64,000 nt of DNA, taken from a virus. Lineage: Duplodnaviria > Caudoviricetes. The stretch lies in IMG/VR virus record IMGVR_UViG_2667527381_000001, positions 138-64,137 of that record. One strand, given 5' to 3'. The notes under the pieces were generated by a model. It ran no database searches. It was not told the DNA's origin and saw only the letters and a program-made list of their open reading frames with translations. Shown one piece after another: positions 1 through 10,386 of the stretch. The position numbers were made by a program, and so were the translations under genes. Numbering within the stretch: the first letter of the stretch is position 1; each line of letters starts with the position of its first letter.

Positions 1-434
1 CAGGAGGGTGCTTTTTGAAGCTGAAGAGACGTGAATAACTTTGAAAGAGAGAGGGATTGACGTTGAAAGTGAAGGATAAAGCAGAGAGGTTCAGCGGCTA
101 CTGGTAATAGCCGCTGAAGTGTTCTGCGAGTGCAGAAGCAAAAACCTAAATACAAGTAGGTTTTGTATCTCCTGCCCCGCCTTCCAAAGCAAGAAAAATC
201 TAAGAGCAATAGAAGCCGTTCTTCCGATGCGGCAGGCAAACGTCTGTCGTCTCAATGGATTGGCGCGCGAAGAAAATGTTTTCACGGAACAGAGATTCGC
301 AGCGTTGAGTTCACAGAACACCTTTCATATGGGACTCTGGCTTTGGCAATACTCCCTTCTGGCACTTTTACGGATGCTAAACTCCTCCTGAGCTGCACTT
401 CATCGCGCAGCTGCAATGGTCTGGAGGTGACTCC

Positions 435-3400
435 GTGAGCCATATTCTATCTGAACACTCTTCCGAGCTCGCAGCACTCGCTGCCGAATGCGGTATCGAC
501 TGGCACCAGGTCATAGACCTTCGGCCCGGTATCCATAAACGCCTGCCGGTCATTGCCAGCAAATACAAAGGCAAGTGTGTCATGTGGATCGATGAAGGAA
601 CATCGGCCACTGGCGGCACCTTCATACGTATCACCTTTCACACGCAAAAGCATGGCGGGGTTTCCCGGACCTGGGTTTCGCATGGCCGCGGAAGAGGCCC
701 AAGGCTTGCCGCGATTTCCTCGAAAACGAAGAATCCGGAGGATGGTGCGAAACGCCGGATCGAGCTTTTCAACGCCTTTAAAACGGCCTTCGCCGCAGCG
801 CCGCGTGCTGATGCCGCACATCCCTATCTGAAACGCAAAGGCATTGCGGATCTTGTCACCTCCTTTGATATTCGCGTGCTCAGTGACTATAAGGTATTTG
901 GTCGTGGATCGGTCGAGCCGTGGCTGGCTTTCGCGCTGCAAAGTCCAAACGGGGAATATGTCGGCATCCAGCGGATCTGGGCAAACGGGTCCAAAAAGCT
1001 TTCGACCAGCGCCTGGGATGGACAGTACAAAGGCGCTCACGCCATCATTGGCGATCCCGAGGCCTCGGCCGTCATCCATATAGCTGAAGGCTTTGCAACC
1101 GCCGCCAGCGTTCACCTGGCTACGGGATCGGCAGTGGTCTTTGCCATCAGCGCCGGGAACCTGGAGCCGGTCGCCTGTCATATCCGGGAAAGGTTTGAAG
1201 GAAAGCGCATCGTGATCGTGGCGGATAACGACGTCCGCCCGACTGGCGAGGAGCACAAGGGGAACCCGGGCGTTTTCAAGGCGCTCGAGGCTGCCCGCAG
1301 AAGCCGGACGTCCATTATCGTGCCGCCGGCCAATGGAGGCCACCCAACCGATGCGAATGACATCCACCTCAACGAAGGTCTCGAGCGGCTGGCGGAAGTT
1401 CTCAAGTCTCCCAAATGCCGGCTGAAACCGGCAGGGAATCGATCCGCCTTTCTATTGCAGCTCCTTCGATATGCCAGAACCCAGGACCATGACGCCCTTG
1501 TTGGAAAGCTCGCCAACGCTGCGAAAGCGGGCTGGAAGTTTTCGAAGGATGAGCTTGTGAAGGCGGTCAGCGAAGCCACCGAAGGCCGCGCTAGTCCTGG
1601 CATGGTTGCCAGGAAAATAGCGGGCGTGATCTGGGCCGGCGAGAAGGCGGCAAGGGATCTCATGAGTATCCGGACCGCAGACAGGCGCCTGAGCTTTAAA
1701 ACGGTCCGGCATCCGGCAGGGCATTATATCATCCCTCAAGAAGCGACAGAGGCAGTTCTGGAGCATTTGGCGAAAGGAGCCATGGTGGTCCTGGTATCAC
1801 CAATGGGAACCGGGAAAACCGAGATTGTGATTAAGGAGGCCATGGCACGAGTTCAGCGGGCGGCACTCGTGCTGCCGCGGGTATCCGTTGTGGATGATGC
1901 ATCGACCCGTCTCTCGAAGGTGAAATACAGTGAAGTGGGGAAGCGGGACGTGGTTTGGCAGAATCAGCTCATCACCTGCGTCAATTCCCTGGATGCTCCA
2001 CGGTTCAACTCGAACGGTGTGAACTTTTTTGAAAGGCTCGACCTTCTTTGCCTTGATGAAGCAGCCCAGACGATCTCCCAGATGGTCCAGCTCGGCGAAA
2101 TCGAGCGGCGCAAGGGCAATACTCGTGCCATGATCAAGGCCGTGAGCACAGCCAAGGCCGTGCTGGTCGCGGATGCTTATGCAAGCGAGTACACAGTCAA
2201 TGCGCTAAGGAACATGGATCATGGAAGGGAGGTTGTAGTCGTTGAGGTAAGGCACCCGCCCGAAGTCGAGAAGCATTGGGACATCGATGTTACAGAGTCG
2301 CCCGAAGAGGTCTGCAAGGAACTCCTTCGTTGCCTTGAGTCCGGGGAGAAGTGCCTGCTTGCAACCGATAACAAAAAAATGGCCATGAAGATCGAGCGAC
2401 TTATCCGCCAGCGCCTCCCGCAGGTTCGCCTATTGAACGCGCACCGGGATCCGAATCCTGATCAGAAGCGCCTCATGGCCACGGCGTTCTCAAATCCAAA
2501 CCGGGAATGCGTGAAATACGATGCTCTGATTTATACGCCAGTGATCACGGCCGGGGTATCGATTACGGCGCCGCACTTCACAAGGCACTTTGGAATTTTT
2601 TGCGGTGCCGTGAAGGTGACCGACATTCTTCAGATGATGGCACGTGACCGGACAGCCCGGCGCTGGCTGATCTCGGTGCGCGGCTCATCGGTCCGCATGC
2701 GGCAGCTGGCGGCCGAGGCAGAGAGAAAACTTATCGAAGGAGCCACGCTTTATTCTGACCTCAAAATGGCGACCGCTCGGCACGAGGTCGAGTCACGGGA
2801 CAACCTCCTGCTTTTGACGCTGAACCTTTTGAAGCTCGGATGTCACAAGGTCAGGATGAAGAAGGATCCTGAGAAACCGGCAAAGGAAATCAGGACGGCC
2901 CTCACTGAATTCGGAAAAAAGATCGACGATGAGCGCATGGACCGGATACTTATGCAGCCCGGGATCAGCGAGAGTGAATACGAAGGGCTCAGACGGGAGT
3001 GGCTCCCGACGGACGAGCAAGCCGCAGCCATGACCGCCTTTCAGGTGAGAAACCGGCTTTGTGTTGATCTGACCCGGGAAAATATTGAATTCCTCGACAA
3101 CGGTGGACTCGGGAAAGTGAAGCTCATGGAGGTTGTCACCTCATCGGATCGCGATGTCGAGCGTTTTGAGTGGAGCCAGGAGGGCGAGGACCCGACAGAG
3201 CGCTACCGGGCGGCAGAAAAAAAGGCCGTCCTCGGCCGGATGTTCCGTGACCTGGGTATCACCCCCTCGTTTGATGGCGAATTTACGCAGGCTGACTCAC
3301 GTAAAGTGCTTCAGTGGTCCATCGAGAATGCTGATCATCTGAACCACCTCTTCAAAGGCGTTATTGATCCTGCACGCCCGCCGCGTGGAGCCACGCAGTT

Positions 3401-3581
3401 TGTTCAAAAAATTCTGTCATTGCTCGGGCTCGAACTGGGCAAGAGAAAATCCAACGGCCGGATGATCAGGTTTATTGACAAGGCTTCACTCGATAAAATG
3501 CTCGAGGTCGTAAACGCCCGCCGCAGTCATGGGCAGGAATTCATAAAACAATCACCGAAGGCGGTGGCGACTCCACCTTAG
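435..3581 (+). CDS. Toprim primase fused to SF2 (origin-binding-type) helicase; phage replication protein
   Basis: Toprim motifs IAEGFATAAS...IVIVADND; Walker A SPMGTGKT; Walker B LCLDEAA. Confidence 0.8.
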   Translation: MSHILSEHSSELAALAAECGIDWHQVIDLRPGIHKRLPVIASKYKGKCVMWIDEGTSATGGTFIRITFHTQKHGGVSRTWVSHGRGRGPRLAAISSKTKNPEDGAKRRIELFNAFKTAFAAAPRADAAHPYLKRKGIADLVTSFDIRVLSDYKVFGRGSVEPWLAFALQSPNGEYVGIQRIWANGSKKLSTSAWDGQYKGAHAIIGDPEASAVIHIAEGFATAASVHLATGSAVVFAISAGNLEPVACHIRERFEGKRIVIVADNDVRPTGEEHKGNPGVFKALEAARRSRTSIIVPPANGGHPTDANDIHLNEGLERLAEVLKSPKCRLKPAGNRSAFLLQLLRYARTQDHDALVGKLANAAKAGWKFSKDELVKAVSEATEGRASPGMVARKIAGVIWAGEKAARDLMSIRTADRRLSFKTVRHPAGHYIIPQEATEAVLEHLAKGAMVVLVSPMGTGKTEIVIKEAMARVQRAALVLPRVSVVDDASTRLSKVKYSEVGKRDVVWQNQLITCVNSLDAPRFNSNGVNFFERLDLLCLDEAAQTISQMVQLGEIERRKGNTRAMIKAVSTAKAVLVADAYASEYTVNALRNMDHGREVVVVEVRHPPEVEKHWDIDVTESPEEVCKELLRCLESGEKCLLATDNKKMAMKIERLIRQRLPQVRLLNAHRDPNPDQKRLMATAFSNPNRECVKYDALIYTPVITAGVSITAPHFTRHFGIFCGAVKVTDILQMMARDRTARRWLISVRGSSVRMRQLAAEAERKLIEGATLYSDLKMATARHEVESRDNLLLLTLNLLKLGCHKVRMKKDPEKPAKEIRTALTEFGKKIDDERMDRILMQPGISESEYEGLRREWLPTDEQAAAMTAFQVRNRLCVDLTRENIEFLDNGGLGKVKLMEVVTSSDRDVERFEWSQEGEDPTERYRAAEKKAVLGRMFRDLGITPSFDGEFTQADSRKVLQWSIENADHLNHLFKGVIDPARPPRGATQFVQKILSLLGLELGKRKSNGRMIRFIDKASLDKMLEVVNARRSHGQEFIKQSPKAVATPP

Positions 3582-3605
3582 CCAGCGATTTGATCCTCTC
3601 CTTCT

Positions 3606-3637
3606 TCCAGGGTCCAATACAAGGGCCCTGGATTTTT
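3606..3637 (+). terminator. Probable rho-independent terminator after the primase-helicase
   Basis: TCCAGGGTCC-aatacaa-GGGCCCTGGA hairpin followed by TTTTT. Confidence 0.6.
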
Positions 3638-3970
3638 GCGTTCAAAATTCGGAAAGTCACCCGCTGGACCGGGAAAATCATAAACCTTCAGCCACAGCCT
3701 GCGAAGCTGATCACTAAGCACAGGAATTTTTTACCAATTTCAAAGAAGAGGTTCTCCGAAATCGGGTGAATCGCTCATCAGAACTGAGATGCATGCACCA
3801 AACCTCCCTCATTCAGGGATATCCTGGCAATTGTTGTTTTAATAAAAGAGCGTAAATATCCCTGATAATTCTCATAGAAAGCTAATTGCCATGATGTTGA
3901 TTATTTCTTTGATGAGGAGTATTTTCGGATTGCCTATATTCCTCGAATCCACTGATCAGTAAGTCCTTGA

Positions 3971-4273
3971 GTGAATCAAATCATGACTGAAGCGAAGCAG
4001 GCGAAAATCATAATTACCCGATCAGCTGATGATGTGATCGACGAGGCCTGCTCAAGAATAACCGCTCTGATCAAGGAATACCGGATCGCGTCCGAGGAGT
4101 GGCCGATTATGGAAAAGGAAAGCCCAGGGATATGGAAAAGAATTCAGGAGCTGGAATGGCTTGGTCCTCAATCCTTTGAAGAGACCGAGAGGGGCTGCGA
4201 GGCTCTCGTGCTCAACCATGAGCTGATGTTCAAGCGCAAAGTTTTGAGGCGGACAGCCAGCCACGCTGCATGA
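3971..4273 (+). CDS. Hypothetical phage protein
   Basis: 100-aa ORF co-oriented in the early region. Confidence 0.5.
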   Translation: MNQIMTEAKQAKIIITRSADDVIDEACSRITALIKEYRIASEEWPIMEKESPGIWKRIQELEWLGPQSFEETERGCEALVLNHELMFKRKVLRRTASHAA

Positions 4274-4294
4274 CGAAGATCATAGGATATAAGT

Positions 4295-4504
4295 ATGAAT
4301 GATCAGAAACATCACATCTCAAAGGGCGATTTGGTCGAGATCAATGGTCGCAGGGGAGTCGTCTGTCATGTGACGTCCCAACGCTGCTGGGTCCTCCACG
4401 ATGAAGATCGGGTCGCCACCGGCTACTCGATGGCGCGCATCAGGCGATCCTTCCTGAGGTTCGGCATTTATGAAGACCAACTGGTCAAGGCATTTACTGC
4501 ATAG
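4295..4504 (+). CDS. Hypothetical phage protein
   Basis: 69-aa ORF with AGGA upstream, in the operon context. Confidence 0.45.
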   Translation: MNDQKHHISKGDLVEINGRRGVVCHVTSQRCWVLHDEDRVATGYSMARIRRSFLRFGIYEDQLVKAFTA

Positions 4505-4529
4505 GCCTTCTCTCATATGAGGATAACCC

Positions 4530-4781
4530 ATGTCGTTTGCTGATCTGATTAAGAACTGGCTTGATGCGCATCCGTCCAGAACGTCAGCGCGCCTTGCCAA
4601 GCTGACGGAAGTTTCTCCGGCAGAGATCTCTGCAATCCTTCGCGGACACACACCATCATTGGATGTTGCTGCCCGCTTAGGATCAGTACTTCCGGTCGAA
4701 GCCATAGTCGAGATCGTGTCCCGCTCCAATAGAGCGCATCAAAAATTTTTTGACAGAATTCTATCAGGAAATGCCATTTAG
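4530..4781 (+). CDS. XRE-family HTH protein (Cro-like candidate)
   Basis: SARLAKLTEVSPAEISAILRGHTPSLDVAARL is an HTH_3-like pattern; GAGGA RBS. Confidence 0.7.
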   Translation: MSFADLIKNWLDAHPSRTSARLAKLTEVSPAEISAILRGHTPSLDVAARLGSVLPVEAIVEIVSRSNRAHQKFFDRILSGNAI

Positions 4782-5545
4782 GTTTTGGAGAATGATGGCA
4801 GTACCTTTTCCAATATTTCCGGCAGAGTTCGCTTGATCAGATTTGATACCCTGTAGTAGTCGCCCAGGTAAAGACCACCCTCTGCCCAGCGAGATACCAA
4901 GTGACCAGCTGTCTCGGATTCGGAAGAAATCTTTTTGACCAGATCATCATAATTGTAAAACCCGCTGGGTGTTTTTATGCCAACGTAACCATCGTCGAGA
5001 CGTCCGGCTGTAGTTAGGATGAGTTCGATATCCCCTTTTTTAAAAACATATTTTTTGGCGACATCATAAGCCGAAACCTCTGAGCCGGAAAATCCAAGGT
5101 TTTGCAGGAACGGTTGCAGCTTCAATTCGGCGATTTTTTTTAGATCGATGCATGAGGGAATGTTAGGAAGCTGTCTTGTTCCGATTGCGTGCAAAATGTT
5201 TTCGTCGAAAAGGCCAAGTGCTGTAGTGACGCCATCCTCCAATTTCTGGGACCTTAATATGTGAGACGGATCAATCGAGGGATCATTCGAATGAAATGCG
5301 AGATAGTCGGTTAGGAAAAAAGTTATCTTGCCATCTGAAAATCGAACATTATTTGATTCCATCTTTTGATTATGAGTAAAGCAGATTTCCAGTTCATCAG
5401 CCCTATAAGGCAGGAAAATTGTCTCGAAACCTTTGAAAATGTAGGCCGGCTCGGCTGTAAGTCCTTTTGCACTCATTTGTTCAGATAACCATATTCGAAA
5501 TTGTTCATGGAGTGGATCGGAGATAACTATCTTATCAACTGACAT
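4778..5545 (-). CDS. Hypothetical protein, counter-oriented AT-rich moron-like gene
   Basis: 255-aa ORF opposite to flanking phage genes; GGAGG RBS on the minus strand. Confidence 0.65.
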   Translation of the reverse strand: MSVDKIVISDPLHEQFRIWLSEQMSAKGLTAEPAYIFKGFETIFLPYRADELEICFTHNQKMESNNVRFSDGKITFFLTDYLAFHSNDPSIDPSHILRSQKLEDGVTTALGLFDENILHAIGTRQLPNIPSCIDLKKIAELKLQPFLQNLGFSGSEVSAYDVAKKYVFKKGDIELILTTAGRLDDGYVGIKTPSGFYNYDDLVKKISSESETAGHLVSRWAEGGLYLGDYYRVSNLIKRTLPEILEKVLPSFSKT

Positions 5546-5572
5546 GCGGCCTCCGTTTCAGGTTATGTTTTA

Positions 5573-5598
5573 CATCTTATCATCTTATCATCTTATCA
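5573..5598. repeat. 8-bp tandem repeat (CATCTTAT x3) in a divergent intergenic region
   Basis: catcttatcatcttatcatcttatca read directly. Confidence 0.8.
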
Positions 5599-5996
5599 AA
5601 ATGTGTCTCGCACGTTTTTGTGGTAAATAGATTTTTCAATCGAAACTTCAGGAGGTGAGAAAATATCGTTCAATCTATGAATGAAAAGTAACTATACCCC
5701 TAAGATCACTTTGAACCTGACTCATTGTCGACTGTATATTCACTCTGTAGCGACGCAAGCCGACCTGAGCCGCCGCTACCCGGGCCTCCCCTTTGCCGAT
5801 CCGTTTGGGGAAGGCCCTCAACTACTGAAAGGAAAGCGATATGACTTTAATCAATGCAATCAAAGTTCCCATCAAGGGATGCCTTTCAGTAGTTCGCATC
5901 CCGGGGTCCGTCCCCGGGATCGCTTTTTCATCCGAGGACAAATGCTTCTGAATCCTATCATCAGCGCATTGCTCGCCTCGGGTATGAGGATGACCA

Positions 5997-6890
5997 TTGC
6001 GATCCGACCAAGAATTTCAAGCCGAGCCCGGGGTCTATCCGAACCTTCCCATCAAAAAATATCATCTGTCGGATGGTCTATCGAAGACCGGAGCCTGCAG
6101 GCTGAGCCGTTCGGCCCGGACTTTTCGGGATTTTATCGATAATCCCCGCGTGTCCAAACCAACAAAATCCCTTCAGACTGGCAGCATCTTTCATATTGCC
6201 ATGGAAGGTGCGTTTGATGACGAGTGCCGTGTTGGTCCAGCGGTGAAGGACAAGCGGCAGAAAGAGTGGAAGGAATTTGTCAAAGCTCATCCCGGAAAAA
6301 TCTGCATGGCCCTGGAAGAAGCAGCAGAGATTCAGTCCATGCGGCAGGCACTCCTTGAGTATGGGCCTGCGCGTGACCTTCTCTCGGAGCCGGGTCGCTT
6401 TGAGGTATCCTACTATTGGATTGATCAGGCCACAGGGATTCTTTGCAAATGCCGACCTGACTGGATTTCCTCCAATCAACTTACCATAATCGATTTCAAA
6501 ACTGCTGCGGACGCTACCGAAGACGAGTTTCGGAGATCAGCGAGGCGCTATCACTATTACGTCTCGGCCGCGATGACTATTGACGGAGTTCACGCCGTAA
6601 CCGGGATCAAGCCTGAGCGCTATATTTTCCTCGCCATTGAGCCTCAATCACCCTACCTCACAGCCGCCTATGAGGCGACGGAGGATGACATCGAGCTTGG
6701 ACGCGAGTTCATCCGCCGAAGCCTCTCCACCCTCAAACGCTGCCAGGAGAATGGCACATGGCCAGGACTGCCCGAGGAGATTCGAGCTCTCGATGTCCAG
6801 CGTTATGCGCGGCGGCACGCAGAGGAAGAAAACAGCTCAGATGCTCAGGATGAAATTTCAAATGAATCAGCCGGCGAATGGTGGGAATAA
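5997..6890 (+). CDS. PD-(D/E)xK exonuclease, RecE/ExoVIII C-terminal (DUF3799)-like
   Basis: GVYPNLPIKKYH, GSIFH, LCKCRPDW, IIDFKT, YHYYVSAA motifs; TTG start with GAGGA RBS. Confidence 0.85.
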   Translation: MRSDQEFQAEPGVYPNLPIKKYHLSDGLSKTGACRLSRSARTFRDFIDNPRVSKPTKSLQTGSIFHIAMEGAFDDECRVGPAVKDKRQKEWKEFVKAHPGKICMALEEAAEIQSMRQALLEYGPARDLLSEPGRFEVSYYWIDQATGILCKCRPDWISSNQLTIIDFKTAADATEDEFRRSARRYHYYVSAAMTIDGVHAVTGIKPERYIFLAIEPQSPYLTAAYEATEDDIELGREFIRRSLSTLKRCQENGTWPGLPEEIRALDVQRYARRHAEEENSSDAQDEISNESAGEWWE

Positions 6891-6893
6891 TCG

Positions 6894-7823
6894 ATGAAAC
6901 TTCGCAAAGCGGAACGAAAAAAAGTCCACGTAAAAATCGGTATTACTGCCCCCAGTGGCCATGGAAAGACTTTTTCAAGCCTCCGAATCGCCCGAGGCCT
7001 CGCCAGCTCCTGGGAAAAGGTCTGTCTGATTGATACCGAAGGGTCGGGTGACAAATATGCTGGTCACAAGGCTCTGGGCCCATTTCAGGTGATCAACCTT
7101 TTCGAAAGTGATGACGAGTACCACTTCTCCCCTGCGCGCTGGATTGAGGCCATGAAGTTGGCCGCTGATGCCGGGATGGAGGTTGTAATCCTCGATTCAG
7201 CGAGCCACGAGTGGCAGTGGTGTCTTGAGCAAAAAGAGCGAATCAATAAGTCGATCCACGATTGGAAGCAGATCACGCCGCACCACAACAAGTTCATCCG
7301 GGCCATTCTCCAATGCCCGATGCACACTATCGTCTGCACAAGGCGCAAGGTCGAATACGCCTTGAATGAATCCGGAGGGCGAAAAACCGTAGAGAAGGTC
7401 GGCATGAAGTCCGAGATGCGCGAGGGCTTTGAATATGAGCTGGACGTGAACATCGGACTCAATCGAAACCACATGGCGACCATTGAAAAGGATCGCGCCG
7501 GCATCTTCCACGGCCGCCCCGAGTTCGTCCCTTCCGAGGCAATTGGACGGGAGTTGCTCGCTTGGTCGCGGGCCGAGGAGCTGAAGCCGGAAGCCGAGCG
7601 GCAATCTGTATCGAACGATTCACCGGTATCGGTGGCAGATCCACGTATCAAGGCCTGGATCGAAAAGCGCCTCCAGCAGCTCGAGATCGACGAAGGACTT
7701 TGGCCGGCTATTATGAAGACGCTCGATGGTTGTCCGCGCGGTGAGTTGCGAGCCAGGGTTGATGAGGCCGCTGCCGCTGCTCAAAACGCATTAAACGTCG
7801 ATTTCGGAGGAGAGGCTGGATGA
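6894..7823 (+). CDS. AAA-family ATPase, Sak4-like recombination protein
   Basis: Walker A GITAPSGHGKT, LIDTE, VVILDSASHEW, FEYELD; lies between the exonuclease and SSB. Confidence 0.8.
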   Translation: MKLRKAERKKVHVKIGITAPSGHGKTFSSLRIARGLASSWEKVCLIDTEGSGDKYAGHKALGPFQVINLFESDDEYHFSPARWIEAMKLAADAGMEVVILDSASHEWQWCLEQKERINKSIHDWKQITPHHNKFIRAILQCPMHTIVCTRRKVEYALNESGGRKTVEKVGMKSEMREGFEYELDVNIGLNRNHMATIEKDRAGIFHGRPEFVPSEAIGRELLAWSRAEELKPEAERQSVSNDSPVSVADPRIKAWIEKRLQQLEIDEGLWPAIMKTLDGCPRGELRARVDEAAAAAQNALNVDFGGEAG

Positions 7824-7921
7824 TTGCGACGCTCATTTTTCTATTCCTTATCCCATTCGCCGTTTTTGCGAGTGGATTTGTGATTGGGTATTTCAGCGGG
7901 AAGGCGGCACGAAACGCATGA
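7820..7921 (+). CDS. Small (33 aa) single-TM protein not in the ORF track
   Basis: MIATLIFLFLIPFAVFASGFVIGYFSGKAARNA; ATGA overlaps with both neighbours. Confidence 0.55.
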   Translation: MIATLIFLFLIPFAVFASGFVIGYFSGKAARNA

Positions 7922-8355
7922 GCAGTGTCAATAAAGTCATACTGGTCGGAAATCTCGGCAAAGCTCCTGAGCTGAAATACACGCAAAGCGGAACTGCCTT
8001 CTGTCGGCTGAGCCTTGCGACCAAGGAGCAGTGGACTGACCAAAAGGGACAAAAGCAGGAGAAGGTTGAATGGCACAATGTCACTGTTTGGAAAAAGCTT
8101 GCTGAAAATACCGCTAAATATTGCGGAAAGGGCTCCTCCATTTATGTGGAAGGTCGGCTGGAAACCCGCTCCTGGGAAGAGAACGGACAGAAGCGGTATG
8201 CGACAGATGTTGTCGCCGAGACAGTGAAATTTCTGGGAGGAGGTCGGCAGGGGCGCGAAGAAAGTCCGCCGGCAGAATCCCGTAGCCGGGCACGGCGACC
8301 TCTCAACGTTCCGGATAAGATGGGCGACGGCGATCTTGGAGACATCCCGTATTGA
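7918..8355 (+). CDS. ssb: Single-stranded DNA-binding protein
   Basis: VNKVILVGNLG...EWHNVTVW...GSSIYVEGRLETRSWE; acidic tail ending DIPY. Confidence 0.95.
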   Translation: MSSVNKVILVGNLGKAPELKYTQSGTAFCRLSLATKEQWTDQKGQKQEKVEWHNVTVWKKLAENTAKYCGKGSSIYVEGRLETRSWEENGQKRYATDVVAETVKFLGGGRQGREESPPAESRSRARRPLNVPDKMGDGDLGDIPY

Positions 8356-8413
8356 AATCGCCCGCCCCGTGCGATTGGTCGGGCGCTGCTTCAGTCAAGA
8401 GACAGGATATAGA

Positions 8414-8812
8414 GTGCCATTGAAGTTTATCATACCGATTGAACCGCAAGGGAAAAAAGAAGCTCGGCGGACCCGCTTTGGAGTCCACAAGGATCCGGGA
8501 ACCCGGGCTGCAATGGAAGCGATTGCCGACTCAGTTCGTCTCCAATACCAGGACGCGCCACTGGACTGTCCCTTGCGGCTTCTTATCACCGCATGGCGGA
8601 CAAGACCCAAGACGAAAAAGCATGAGGTCTGGGCGGATACCAAGCCCGACTATGACAATATTGAAAAGCTGATCGGCGATGCCCTCGAAGGCATCCTCTG
8701 GGTGAACGATAGTCGGATCGTGGACGGGCAATGCATCAAAAAATATGCGCCAGCAGGAGTGCCGGGATGGATTGAGCTTGAAGTTCTGCCGTGTGTTGAG
8801 GCGGTCGGATAA
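8414..8812 (+). CDS. rusA: RusA-family Holliday junction resolvase
   Basis: KPDYDNIEKLIGDALEGILWVNDSRIV motif; GTG start inferred from AGGA RBS (track ORF starts 8336). Confidence 0.85.
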   Translation: MPLKFIIPIEPQGKKEARRTRFGVHKDPGTRAAMEAIADSVRLQYQDAPLDCPLRLLITAWRTRPKTKKHEVWADTKPDYDNIEKLIGDALEGILWVNDSRIVDGQCIKKYAPAGVPGWIELEVLPCVEAVG

Positions 8813-8830
8813 CAATATTTCTTTGAGAGA

Positions 8831-9748
8831 TTGAATATGAGTGACTTTGCTCTGGAGACCCCTCCAAAGGTCGAGGAAAGAAAGATCCTGGTCAATGGCG
8901 AAACCAGACTTGCCCGGATCATCTGGCTAGGGGAAGAGGAGGGTTTGATCACGACCCAGATCGCCGAATTATTGAATGTTGCTGAAAGTACTGTCCGGAG
9001 CCATATTAAGAAGCATGCCGTATGTGCGCGCACACTGTCTGCGCACATAAAGCATAGCCTCAAGGATTCAAATGTCATCCCTATCAAGTCTCACGGAGGC
9101 CTTTTCGTCTCAAGGGAAGGAATCGAAGTTCTTGTAAAGGTCATCGACACCGACGAAGCCTGGGAAGTATACCGGCAGCTTTGGAATGATGCCCGGGAGC
9201 TTGCGGTCCTGAAGCCAAAATATATTGAACTGCAAGCCAAACACGAAATCACCATCGCGGAATTGAGTTTGGCCCTAAAGGAAAATGAGAGCCTTGCCGG
9301 TGTGAACACAGCCCTGATCCAGGAACTAAGGTCAAAAGACGAGGAGCTGATCAAAGCTCAGGCGAAACTCCAGGCCTCAATCGACTTCATCGAAAACAAA
9401 GGCAAGGGCAGACGCAAGTGCCGGCACAGCGTTGTGGAATTCGAATTTGCTGGCGTGAACATCTTCGAAGGCCCTCAGTATATAGCCAGGGTGAAAAAGC
9501 TGGAGAGGGCAGAGATGAACGAGCGCGAGCAGGACGTCTTTGGTCTCCAGAAGGGGATCTCCTCAATTCGGGGAATCGCCGGCTCAATGGAGCAAAGATC
9601 TGAGCGGCTGGGGATCAACAATCCTGAGGTCAGGGAAGCTCTGAAGCAGCTTTCAGCTGCAAGTGATGAAGCCTATCACAGGCTGATCCCGGAAGCCGGG
9701 AGGGTGCTCGGACTAAAGGATGGAGAGAGTATCTCGTACCTGAATTGA
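8831..9748 (+). CDS. Antirepressor-like DNA-binding protein (ORF6N-like N-terminus plus coiled coil)
   Basis: LITTQIAELLNVAESTVRSHIKKH and DTDEAWEVYRQL resemble ORF6N-type antirepressors. Confidence 0.6.
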   Translation: MNMSDFALETPPKVEERKILVNGETRLARIIWLGEEEGLITTQIAELLNVAESTVRSHIKKHAVCARTLSAHIKHSLKDSNVIPIKSHGGLFVSREGIEVLVKVIDTDEAWEVYRQLWNDARELAVLKPKYIELQAKHEITIAELSLALKENESLAGVNTALIQELRSKDEELIKAQAKLQASIDFIENKGKGRRKCRHSVVEFEFAGVNIFEGPQYIARVKKLERAEMNEREQDVFGLQKGISSIRGIAGSMEQRSERLGINNPEVREALKQLSAASDEAYHRLIPEAGRVLGLKDGESISYLN

Positions 9749-9792
9749 ATCAATAGCCCTGCGGGACAAACTTCAATGCATGAAAGGATGGG

Positions 9793-10053
9793 ATGGAATT
9801 TAACGCAGACGCATTGCAATCACTGGCAATAGGAGCATCAGGAGGTGTGCCGCTGACGCTCTTTCTACTGAACTCAATGAAATCGCTCAGAGACAGCTTC
9901 GACGCATTCAAGGGGCAGCTTGAAAACCTATCAGCTCGTCTCCAGAAGCTTGAGGTTGTCTTTGAGCTGACCTACCAGGGCGAAATCAAAACCCTTCAGG
10001 CAAGAATCACAAAACTTGAAAACCAAATGACCGGGAAAGGTGGAAACCAATGA
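9793..10053 (+). CDS. Hypothetical protein (N-terminal hydrophobic segment, coiled coil); holin-region candidate
   Basis: AAGGA RBS; lies upstream of the endolysin. Confidence 0.55.
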   Translation: MEFNADALQSLAIGASGGVPLTLFLLNSMKSLRDSFDAFKGQLENLSARLQKLEVVFELTYQGEIKTLQARITKLENQMTGKGGNQ

Positions 10054-10352
10054 CAGCATTTGAACAGATCGAGCGCGAGTCCCATGAATACACAAACGTT
10101 ACGTCGGATGAACTTTATGAAATGAGCATTGATGACCTTCAGACGCGTATGTCCCGTGCGCTTGTCCAGCTCGAGGAGGCCGAGGACAACCGCAAGGCAT
10201 TCAGCAACGCATTTGGCAGCCTTATCAAAAAGATCAAGGCCGACATCCGCACGATGAACCGGGAGATCCGGGATCGTCCTGGCCGAGATGCAGAGCAAAC
10301 AATGACCGTGGAAAATATCCAGGCAAGGCTTGCCAGTGGTTTGGCAGGCTGA
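10050..10352 (+). CDS. Hypothetical phage protein
   Basis: ATGA overlap with the previous gene. Confidence 0.6.
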   Translation: MTAFEQIERESHEYTNVTSDELYEMSIDDLQTRMSRALVQLEEAEDNRKAFSNAFGSLIKKIKADIRTMNREIRDRPGRDAEQTMTVENIQARLASGLAG

Positions 10353-10386
10353 ATCTGGTCAGTCTCTCGAAAGATGGGAAACAATT

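Noticed and set aside
90-118. 11-bp inverted repeat TTCAGCGGCTA/TAGCCGCTGAA as prophage end
   Set aside because: Probably a terminator-type hairpin; nothing links it to an att site
5681-6142. 153-aa track ORF
   Set aside because: Overlaps the exonuclease out of frame with no recognisable motifs; probably spurious
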